Positions 8,706-16,560 of a stretch of DNA of 64,000 bases are shown piece after piece. Source of the stretch: an uncultured Bacilli bacterium (GTDB lineage Bacteria > Bacillota_I > Bacilli_A > RF39 > UBA660); assembly GCA_934130005.1 (NCBI GenBank), contig CAKOXD010000001.1, forward strand, positions 705 to 64,704, given 5' to 3'. A program made the position numbers and the translations under genes. Numbering within the stretch: the first letter of the stretch is position 1; every line of letters begins with the position of its first letter. A model generated the notes under the pieces. It did not search any database and was not told the DNA's origin. It saw only the letters and a program-made list of their open reading frames with translations.

Positions 8706-9551
8706 ATGTCTAAAATAATTATAATGCCAAAAAGTACTGAACAAATAGATAAACTAATAAATAAAATAGATGGAATTTTAATAGGACTAAAGGATTTAAG
8801 TGTTAATATGCCACATTATTTTAGTTTTTTTGAAATAAAAGAAATGATAGAAAAATATAAAAACAAAGAAATATTTGTAGCACTTAATAAAAATATGCAT
8901 AATAATGATTTAGAATACTTAAAAGAAGTATTAAAAGAATTAGAAAACAAAAATATTAAAATTTTATATTATGATATTTCACTTATTAATTTAAAACAAG
9001 AATTAAATTTAAATATAGAATTAGTATTTTCAGAAGAACACTCTGTAACAAATTATGCTACTATAAATTACTGGAATTCTATGGGAGCAAATTATGCATA
9101 CTTATCAAATGAAATAACATTAGAAGAAATACTAGAAATAAAAGAAAAATCAAAATCAAAATTACTTGTTAATGTATTAGGATATATTCCAATATTTGTA
9201 TCAGAAAGAAAATTAATAAATAATTATTTAACATACTTTAATTTAGATAAAAGTAATAACTATTATATGGAAAAAGAGGGTAAAAAATATTATATAGTAG
9301 AAAATAAATATGATACAGAAGTTTATTCTAATTATATATTAAATGCTATAGATGAAATAAAAATATATAAAGAAAGAAATATAGATTATCTAGTATTTAA
9401 TAGTTTTAATATAGAAGAAAATAATTTTAACAAAATCATAGAAAATATAGATGCAATAACAAGTGAAGAAGTAGAAAAACTATTAACTAATACAGATAAA
9501 GGATTTCTATATAAAGAAACAATATATAAGGTGAAGAATTATGAAAAATAA
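8706..9551 (+). CDS. Peptidase U32 family protein (YrrN-like partner)
   Basis: The layout resembles a U32 TIM barrel. It is adjacent to and overlaps the canonical U32 gene. GAGGTGG precedes ATG 8706. Confidence 0.6.
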   Translation: MSKIIIMPKSTEQIDKLINKIDGILIGLKDLSVNMPHYFSFFEIKEMIEKYKNKEIFVALNKNMHNNDLEYLKEVLKELENKNIKILYYDISLINLKQELNLNIELVFSEEHSVTNYATINYWNSMGANYAYLSNEITLEEILEIKEKSKSKLLVNVLGYIPIFVSERKLINNYLTYFNLDKSNNYYMEKEGKKYYIVENKYDTEVYSNYILNAIDEIKIYKERNIDYLVFNSFNIEENNFNKIIENIDAITSEEVEKLLTNTDKGFLYKETIYKVKNYEK

Positions 9552-10764
9552 AGTAGAATTATTATCTCCAGCAGGAGATTTAGAAAGATTAAAAATTGCA
9601 ATATTATATGGAGCAGATGCAGTATATATAGGAGGTCCTATGTTAGGACTTAGAGCAAATGCTAAAAACTTTACCTTTGAAGAAATAAAAGAAGGAGTTA
9701 TATTTGCTCATAACCATAATGCAAGAGTTCATGTTACAGTCAATATAGTACTTCATAATAAAGAAATAAAAGAAGTAATAGATTATTTAAGAAAATTAGA
9801 AGAATGTAATGTAGATGCAATTATCGTAAGTGATCCAGCTATAATAGAATTAGCAAAAAAATATACAAATTTAGAAATTCACCTTTCAACTCAACAATCG
9901 ACTTTAAATATAGAAGCATGTAAATTTTTTAAAAAAGAAGGTGTAAAAAGAATAGTATTAGGTCGTGAAGCAACAAGAAGTGACATAAAAGGTATAATAG
10001 ATAATGTAAATATAGATATCGAATGCTTTATTCATGGAGCAATGTGTGCTTCATTAAGTGGAAGATGTGTTTTATCAAATATATTTACAGGTCGCGATGC
10101 TAATCGTGGTGGCTGTGCTCAAATATGTAGATGGGATTTTAATCTTTTAGATGAAAATAATAATGAAATAAAAGGAGATAAACCATTTACATTTTGCTCA
10201 AAAGATCTAACAATGTTAAAATACATACCAGATATGATAGATATGGGAATAAAATCATTTAAAATTGAAGGAAGAATGCGTTCATCTTATTATATAGCAA
10301 CCGTAGTAAATATATATCGTAAAGTAATAGATAGTTATTTAAATGATAAAGAAAATTATAAATATAATATAGAATATGAAAATATTCTTAGAAACTGCGC
10401 AAATAGGGATGCAGTACCACAATTTTTTAATGGAATAAAAGATGTAACATGTAGTTATTATAATGGAAGAGAAGAAATTTCAAATCAAGATTTTATAGGA
10501 ATAGTTTTAGATTATGATAAAGAAACTAAATTAGCAACTATTGAACAAAGAAATTACTTCAAAAAAGGAGATAAAATAGAAATATTTGGTCCAAATATTA
10601 ATATAATAGATGTAACAATAGATGAAATAATAGATGAAGAAAACAATATAATAGATGTTGTAAGACATCCAAAACAAATAGTTAAAATAAAAATAGATGA
10701 AGAAGTATATAAATATGATATGCTAAGAAAAAAATTAAAACTTGACAAAAACTTAAATTCGTAG
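9541..10764 (+). CDS. Peptidase U32 family protein (YrrO/PrtC-like)
   Basis: Begins ELLSPAGDLERLKIAILYGADAVYIGG and contains HLSTQQS and the FKIEGRMRS motif. Confidence 0.85.
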   Translation: MKNKVELLSPAGDLERLKIAILYGADAVYIGGPMLGLRANAKNFTFEEIKEGVIFAHNHNARVHVTVNIVLHNKEIKEVIDYLRKLEECNVDAIIVSDPAIIELAKKYTNLEIHLSTQQSTLNIEACKFFKKEGVKRIVLGREATRSDIKGIIDNVNIDIECFIHGAMCASLSGRCVLSNIFTGRDANRGGCAQICRWDFNLLDENNNEIKGDKPFTFCSKDLTMLKYIPDMIDMGIKSFKIEGRMRSSYYIATVVNIYRKVIDSYLNDKENYKYNIEYENILRNCANRDAVPQFFNGIKDVTCSYYNGREEISNQDFIGIVLDYDKETKLATIEQRNYFKKGDKIEIFGPNINIIDVTIDEIIDEENNIIDVVRHPKQIVKIKIDEEVYKYDMLRKKLKLDKNLNS

Positions 10765-10807
10765 TATTATTTTGCAAGTATAAAAAAAGATTAGAAGAGG
10801 CGATAAT

Positions 10808-11278
10808 ATGTCAGATGCAAAAGAAGTATATTTAACTTTAGATGGACTTGAAAATATAAAAAAAGAGCTTGAATACTTAAAACATGAAAGAAGACCAGAA
10901 GTTATTCAACTTTTAAAAGAAGCAAGAGCTTTAGGAGATTTATCAGAAAATGCTGAATATGATGCAGCACGTGCAGCTCAAGCAGAAGTTGAAAACAAAA
11001 TAAATGAATTAGAAATGATGATAGAACATGCTGTAGTTATCAAAGAAAATACAACAGGAAAAGTTTCTATAGGTAGTACTGTAACAATAAAATATGTTGA
11101 TGATGATGAAACAGAAGAATATACTATTGTTGGAAGTAAAGAAGCAGATCCATTTAGTAATAAAATATCAAATGAATCTCCAATAGCAAAAGCTATTTTA
11201 AATAAAAGTGTAAATGAAGTAGTATCAGTAGATAGTCCAAATGGAAAATATGACATTGAAATATTAAAAATAAGCTAA
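10808..11278 (+). CDS. greA: Transcription elongation factor GreA
   Basis: Contains GDLSENAEYDAAR and the C-terminal ISNESPIAKAILNK motif. Confidence 0.93.
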   Translation: MSDAKEVYLTLDGLENIKKELEYLKHERRPEVIQLLKEARALGDLSENAEYDAARAAQAEVENKINELEMMIEHAVVIKENTTGKVSIGSTVTIKYVDDDETEEYTIVGSKEADPFSNKISNESPIAKAILNKSVNEVVSVDSPNGKYDIEILKIS

Positions 11279-11347
11279 TATTTAGCTTTTTTTCTTGTAA
11301 TAAATTAAAAAATATTATATACTATAGAAGTATTGAAGGAGGATTTT

Positions 11348-12604
11348 ATGGCAAATAAGAATGTACGTGAAATAACAATTAAAGTAGAAGGAAAAAAATG
11401 GACAGATGCAATAGAAAAAGCATTCCAAAAAGCAAATAAAGAAGCAAAAATAGATGGGTTTAGAAAAGGACATGCTCCAAAAGAATTATTTATAAAAAAA
11501 TATGGAGAAACTAATTTATGGTTAGATGCAGCTGATTTAGTATTAGAAGATGCATATAAAGAAATGATAGAAGAAAATAAAGACTTAGAAATAGTCGCAC
11601 AACCAGAAATGAATTTAAAATCAATTTCATCTGAATATGTAGAATTTAATTTTAAATTAACATTAAGACCAGAAGTTAAACTTGGAAAATATAAAAAATT
11701 AGGTATTAAAAAAGAAGATACTAAAGTAACAAAAGAAGAAGTAGAAAAAGCACTTGAAGATACAAGAAAAAAATATGCTGAAAATGTTACAAAAGATGGA
11801 AAAGTAGAAAAAGATGATACAGCTATTATCGATTTTGAAGGATTCAAAGATGGTGTAGCATTCGAAGGTGGAAAAGGAGAAAACTATTCACTTGTAATAG
11901 GATCTAATACATTTATTCCTGGTTTTGAAGATCAATTAATAGGAATGAAAAAAGGAGAAGAAAAAGATATTAAATTATCTTTTCCAGAAGATTATCATGT
12001 AGAAGAATTAAAAGGACAACCAGTAGTATTTAAAGTAAAAGTAAACGAAATTAAAACTACAGTTCTACCAGAATTAGATAAAGATTTCTTCCAAGATTTA
12101 GGTATGGAAGGAATAGATTCAAAAGAAGCATTAGAAAACCAATTAGAAGAAAATATAAAAGCACATAAAGAACATCATGCAGAAGATCATTTTATAGATG
12201 AATTATTAAATGCAGCTATAAAAAATATGACAGTTGAAATACCAGATGCTATGATTAATGAAGAAATTGATCGTATGTTAAGACAATATGAAGAAAACTT
12301 AAAAATGCAAGGTATTACATTAGAACAATTCTATCAATTTACAAATTCTGATGAATCATTATTAAAAGACCAAATGAAAGAAGAAGCAGAAAAAAGAGTT
12401 TCTTCAAGATTATTACTGGAAGAAATTAAAAAAGCAGAAAATATTGAAATTACTGAAGAAGAAGCTAAAAAAGAAGCAGAAGATTTAGCAAGTAAATATC
12501 AAATGGAAACAGAAGAATTTATTAAATTATTTGGTGGACTTGAAATGGTAAAATATGATCTTGCAATGCGTAAAGCAATTGAAGTATTAAAAGATAATAA
12601 TTAA
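11348..12604 (+). CDS. tig: Trigger factor
   Basis: Contains GFRKGHAPK and an FKBP-type FIPGFEDQLIGMKKGE segment. GAAGGAGG precedes ATG 11348. Confidence 0.93.
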   Translation: MANKNVREITIKVEGKKWTDAIEKAFQKANKEAKIDGFRKGHAPKELFIKKYGETNLWLDAADLVLEDAYKEMIEENKDLEIVAQPEMNLKSISSEYVEFNFKLTLRPEVKLGKYKKLGIKKEDTKVTKEEVEKALEDTRKKYAENVTKDGKVEKDDTAIIDFEGFKDGVAFEGGKGENYSLVIGSNTFIPGFEDQLIGMKKGEEKDIKLSFPEDYHVEELKGQPVVFKVKVNEIKTTVLPELDKDFFQDLGMEGIDSKEALENQLEENIKAHKEHHAEDHFIDELLNAAIKNMTVEIPDAMINEEIDRMLRQYEENLKMQGITLEQFYQFTNSDESLLKDQMKEEAEKRVSSRLLLEEIKKAENIEITEEEAKKEAEDLASKYQMETEEFIKLFGGLEMVKYDLAMRKAIEVLKDNN

Positions 12605-12609
12605 TTAAA

Positions 12610-12633
12610 ATAGCTTGAAAAAAGCTATTTTTT
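12610..12633 (+). terminator. Rho-independent terminator after tig
   Basis: Stem ATAGCTT/AAGCTAT with a GAAAA loop and a T run. Confidence 0.7.
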
Positions 12634-12676
12634 GTTGTATCATTAGTATAGATAAAATAGAAAGTAGGTAAGAAGT

Positions 12677-13914
12677 ATGTTAGCAAATAGGAAATTCGGG
12701 GGGGTTATTTAGATAACCTAAAGAAAGGATTTACACTTATAGAGTTACTTGCAGTTATAGTGATATTAGCAATCATTGCATTAATCGCAACTCCAGTAAT
12801 ATATAGAATAATAAGTAGTTCAAGAATAAGTGCATTTAAAAATAAAATATATGCAATAGATGAAGCCGCAAATACTTATTATGAAAATATAATACTAGAT
12901 GGAGATGAAGATTTATTTACAAAAGGTGCAGATGGAATGTATTCATTAACATTAGATTTAAGTAAAGAAAGTGATTTTGAAAAATTAAATATAAAAAAAT
13001 CAGTAGAAAAAGGATTAGTAGTTATAACAGATGAAGGAAATGTATCAATAACAGCTCTTGATAATAAATTATGTGGATCAAAATATTCAAGCAGTGAAGT
13101 TATAAATATGTTAAGTATAAAAGATGATTTTTCATGTTACTTGTTAGATTCATCAAGTGAAAATATAGGAACAAATGATATATTAAAAGCAATTCAAAAT
13201 CTAAGTAATGAAGTAGAAGAATTAAAAAAATCAAACGAAGAATTAAAAACTTCAAATAATGACTTAAAAATTACTCTAAGTAATATGAATAACAATAGTA
13301 TAGGAACAAAAAATGCTTTGAATAAAATATATCCAGTAGGAAGTATATATATATCAACAACTTTAAATACAACAGATAAAGTAAAAGAAGCTTTAGGTGG
13401 AACATGGGTAGCATATGGAAGTGGTAGAGTACTTAGAGGAACGACTGGTGAAGCGAATGTAACAGGTGGAACAACTGGAAATATCTCATTAACAGCTGAT
13501 AATCTTCCAAGTCATAGACACTCATATACACCAGCAGGAAGTGTTACAAGTACATTTACAGGAACTGCAGTAAATACAGGAAATCAATCGGCTGATCATG
13601 CACATTATTTCAGTGCTACAACAAGTTCAACGGGTATACAATATGCTATAGGAAATCTACAATATTTAGCAAATGGTAATACATACCCAGATTTTAGATA
13701 TACTGGTTCTGGGACAGCTGGAGGTCATACACATACAGTAAGTGGATGGACAGGAGGAGTAAACTCAAATCATACACATCAAGTAACAGCAAAAGGTACA
13801 GTATCAAGTTCATTTACAGGATCAGCTAGCAATACAGGATATGTAGGAAATAATACTTCATTTAGTGTATTAGATCCATATATAACAGTTTATATGTATA
13901 AAAGAACTGAATAG
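12677..13914 (+). CDS. Type IV prepilin fused to a coiled coil and a phage tail-collar/baseplate-fibre-like tip domain. As sequenced, it is frameshifted relative to its ATG.
   Basis: The in-frame sequence KKGFTLIELLAVIVILAIIALIATP lies upstream of the track start (GTG 12760). It has a Cys-Cys pilin loop and the coiled coil NEVEELKKSNEELKTSNNDLK. The tip domain has YPVGSIYIS..GGTW, four HxH motifs (SHRHS, DHAHY, GHTHT, NHTHQ) and ends PYITVYMYKRTE. Confidence 0.75.
12698..12704 (+). repeat. G7 homopolymer tract between the ATG and the prepilin motif
   Basis: It is the longest G or C run I saw in this AT-rich window. It sits 21 nt after ATG 12677. Confidence 0.9.
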
Positions 13915-13934
13915 GCAGATTAATCTGCTTTTTT
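13915..13934 (+). terminator. Rho-independent terminator
   Basis: Stem GCAGATT/AATCTGC followed by T6. Confidence 0.65.
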
Positions 13935-13976
13935 ATTTGAATTATTTATGATATAATTAATTCATTAGGTGATAAT

Positions 13977-15281
13977 ATGGAACAAAAAGTAAGTATAAAT
14001 AGTTTTTTATTGATAGGAATTTCATTAATTTTAATAGGAATATTTACACTAATAGGTAGTGTTAGTTTATTTAAAGACGTTGCTAATGTCATGTTTCTTA
14101 TAATGCTTATAATAAGTATTAAAAATTTAATAAGTTTTTTAGTAAAAAAACAAGAAGATAAATTCAAACTTTTAACAAAAATAACTATTGTAATATTATC
14201 ACTAATAGCATGTATATTCAAAGATTATTCCGTAGCAATCGTACCTATAATATTTGCTATTTATTTATTAATAAATAGTGTAGCTAACTTATTTAACTTT
14301 ATACTTTTAAAACTAAATAAATTAAGAGGTGGATATAGCAACTTATTAATTGGATTAATTTATTTAATATCAGGAATAATGATACTATTTGGGCCACTTA
14401 TTCATTTAAATATAGTTCTTAAAATATTAGGAGTATATTCATTATTACTTGGAATAAGTTCTGTATTTGATTATATAGATTTTAATAATTACATTAAAAT
14501 ACCAAGAATAAAAGTAAATATGCCATTTATTATAGAAGCATTTATACCTATATCGGTATTACAAAAAATAAATAAACAGTATAATATAGAAAATGATGTA
14601 TATGAAAAGATAAATAAAAAAGATAATATAGAACCAGATATAGAAATATTAATCCATGTAACAGAGGATGGATATGGAAAACTAGGACACATGGATATTT
14701 GTTATAAAGATGAAATAATATCATACGGAAATTATGATTATAATAATAATAAATTAAATGGTGTATTTGGAACTGGTGTAGTATTTATTGCTAAACAAAA
14801 ACTAAAATATATAAGATTTTGCATTGAAGATACTAAAAAAACTATATTTGTTTTTGGATTAAAATTAAAAGAAGAAGAAAAACTAGAAATAGAAAAAAGA
14901 ATAAAAAAACTAAAAGAAGAATTAAAAAAATGGGATCCACCATATAAAGAAGCAAGAAAAAAACATAAAAAAGTATCGAATATAAAAGATTATTCAAGTA
15001 GACTATATAAATATATGAAACCAGAATTTTATAAATTTAAATCTGGAAAAAATAAAGTATTCTTTATATTAAAAAACAACTGTGTATCACTTGCTAATAA
15101 AATAATTGGGCCAACACTAAATAAACATCAAAAAATGTATGGTATATTAACACCAGGTACATATTATGATTATTTAGAAAGAGAATATATGAAAAAAAAC
15201 AGTATAGTAATAACAAAAAAAATATATAATAAATATAATATAGATAATTATGACTTGAAAAATAAAAAAAATATGTTATAA
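13977..15281 (+). CDS. Membrane protein: N-terminal multi-TM (HdeD-like) region plus a C-terminal soluble domain with a His...Cys signature
   Basis: About six TM helices are followed by GKLGHMDICY and later FFILKNNCVSLANK. Confidence 0.55.
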   Translation: MEQKVSINSFLLIGISLILIGIFTLIGSVSLFKDVANVMFLIMLIISIKNLISFLVKKQEDKFKLLTKITIVILSLIACIFKDYSVAIVPIIFAIYLLINSVANLFNFILLKLNKLRGGYSNLLIGLIYLISGIMILFGPLIHLNIVLKILGVYSLLLGISSVFDYIDFNNYIKIPRIKVNMPFIIEAFIPISVLQKINKQYNIENDVYEKINKKDNIEPDIEILIHVTEDGYGKLGHMDICYKDEIISYGNYDYNNNKLNGVFGTGVVFIAKQKLKYIRFCIEDTKKTIFVFGLKLKEEEKLEIEKRIKKLKEELKKWDPPYKEARKKHKKVSNIKDYSSRLYKYMKPEFYKFKSGKNKVFFILKNNCVSLANKIIGPTLNKHQKMYGILTPGTYYDYLEREYMKKNSIVITKKIYNKYNIDNYDLKNKKNML

Positions 15282-15289
15282 TTATTTTG

Positions 15290-15498
15290 ATAAAGCTTTG
15301 ATGAAGAAGTAGTAATAAAATTAATTAATTGAAGAGAGCTTATGGTAGGTGTAAATAAGTATTAATATTTTATGAATTCGTCTTCTAGCAGTGTAAACAA
15401 AATTTATACCGGTAACGCGTTATAGTATTAAGGTAATTATATTACAAATTAAGGTGGTACCACGTAAATCACGTCCTTATATAGGATGTGATTTTTTA
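15290..15498 (+). promoter_or_regulatory. T-box leader (Phe specifier) with an intrinsic terminator
   Basis: It has a GA motif (TGATGA..AGTA), an AGAGAG bulge and a TGGTAGG distal loop. The UUC-G specifier candidate is at 15377-15380. The T-box sequence AATTAAGGTGGTACCACG lies at 15447-15464. The terminator is ATCACGTCC/GGATGTGAT plus T6. Confidence 0.85.
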
Positions 15499-15515
15499 TA
15501 TGAAAGGAAGATAAT

Positions 15516-16559
15516 ATGGATAATATATTAAAAGAAATAAAAGAAAAATTAGAAAATATAAAAGACTTAAAACAATTAAATGAATTAAAAATAGAATATT
15601 TAAGTAAAAAAGGAAAAATAAGTGAATTATCACTTAAAATGAAAGATTTAAATATAGAAGAAAAAAAAGAATATGGTATGAAATTAAATAATTTAAAATC
15701 AGAAGTTAATAACTTATTTGATAATTTAAAAGAAAAATTAGAACAAGAAGAATTAAATAAAAAATTAGAACAAGAAAAAATAGATATAACTTTACCTGCT
15801 ACAAAAATACCAGTTGGAGCACCTAATATTTTAGAACATGTTGTAGAAGAAGTAGAAGAATTAATGATATCACTAGGTTATGATGTAGTAGATGGACCTG
15901 AAATAGAAGAAGATAAATTTAATTTTGAAATGTTAAATATTCCAAAAGGGCACGCTGCAAGAGATGCACAAGATACATTCTATATAGAAGATGAGACTAT
16001 ACTACTTAGAAGTCAAACAAGTCCAGTACAAGCAAGAACAATGTTAAAAGGAGAAGGAAAAACACCAATTAGAATGATATGTCCTGGTAAAACATATAGA
16101 AGAGATGATGATGATGCAACTCATTCACATCAATTTACGCAAATTGAAGGATTACTTGTAGATAAAAAAGATAAAAATATTTCATTATCAGATTTAAAAG
16201 GAACATTTGATGTAATTGCCAAAAAACTATTTGGTAAAGATGTTGAAACACGTTTTAGACCAAGCTACTATCAATTCACAGAACCATCTGTAGAAACAGA
16301 TATAAGTTGTTTTAACTGTAAAGGAAAAGGATGTCCTATATGTAAAAATACAGGATGGATTACAATATCAGGAGCAGGTATAGTTCACCCTAATGTACTT
16401 AAAAATTGTGGATATGATCCAAATGAATGGACAGGATTTGCTTTTGGTTTTGGTGCAGAAAGATGTGCAATGTTAAAATATGGAATAAATGATATTAGAA
16501 CATTTTATCAAACAGATTTAAGGGAACAAACATTATTTGATAGAAAGGATGTAGATTAA
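15516..16559 (+). CDS. pheS: Phenylalanine-tRNA ligase alpha subunit
   Basis: Contains class II motifs: FRPSYYQFTEPS and GFAFGFGAERCAML. Confidence 0.95.
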   Translation: MDNILKEIKEKLENIKDLKQLNELKIEYLSKKGKISELSLKMKDLNIEEKKEYGMKLNNLKSEVNNLFDNLKEKLEQEELNKKLEQEKIDITLPATKIPVGAPNILEHVVEEVEELMISLGYDVVDGPEIEEDKFNFEMLNIPKGHAARDAQDTFYIEDETILLRSQTSPVQARTMLKGEGKTPIRMICPGKTYRRDDDDATHSHQFTQIEGLLVDKKDKNISLSDLKGTFDVIAKKLFGKDVETRFRPSYYQFTEPSVETDISCFNCKGKGCPICKNTGWITISGAGIVHPNVLKNCGYDPNEWTGFAFGFGAERCAMLKYGINDIRTFYQTDLREQTLFDRKDVD

Positions 16560-16560
16560 T

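Noticed and set aside
11305-11847. 180-aa minus-strand ORF antisense to tig. Similar antisense track ORFs include 400..612, 4256..4483, 5896..6117, 7476..7866, 10554..10748, 10978..11256, 16776..17113, 17982..18251, 18546..18974, 28383..29633, 31820..32356, 34992..35378, 40981..41178, 50576..51220 and 58025..58402.
   Set aside because: Each lies entirely inside a well-supported gene on the other strand. Their F/S/I/L-rich composition is what reverse-complementing K/E/N-rich AT-rich coding sequence produces. None has a convincing ribosome binding site.
1422-12633. Near-identical terminator hairpins at 1422-1447 and 12610-12633, sharing ATAGCTTGAAAAAGCTAT, as a possible dispersed repeat element.
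   Set aside because: There are only two copies of a roughly 18-nt hairpin, each in a normal terminator position. That is too short to argue for a mobile or REP-like element without a genome-wide count.
12677-15281. Prophage remnant, suggested by the tail-fibre-like domain.
   Set aside because: No capsid, portal, terminase, tape-measure, integrase or lysis genes are present in the window. The fibre domain is fused to a pilin and flanked by tig and pheST.
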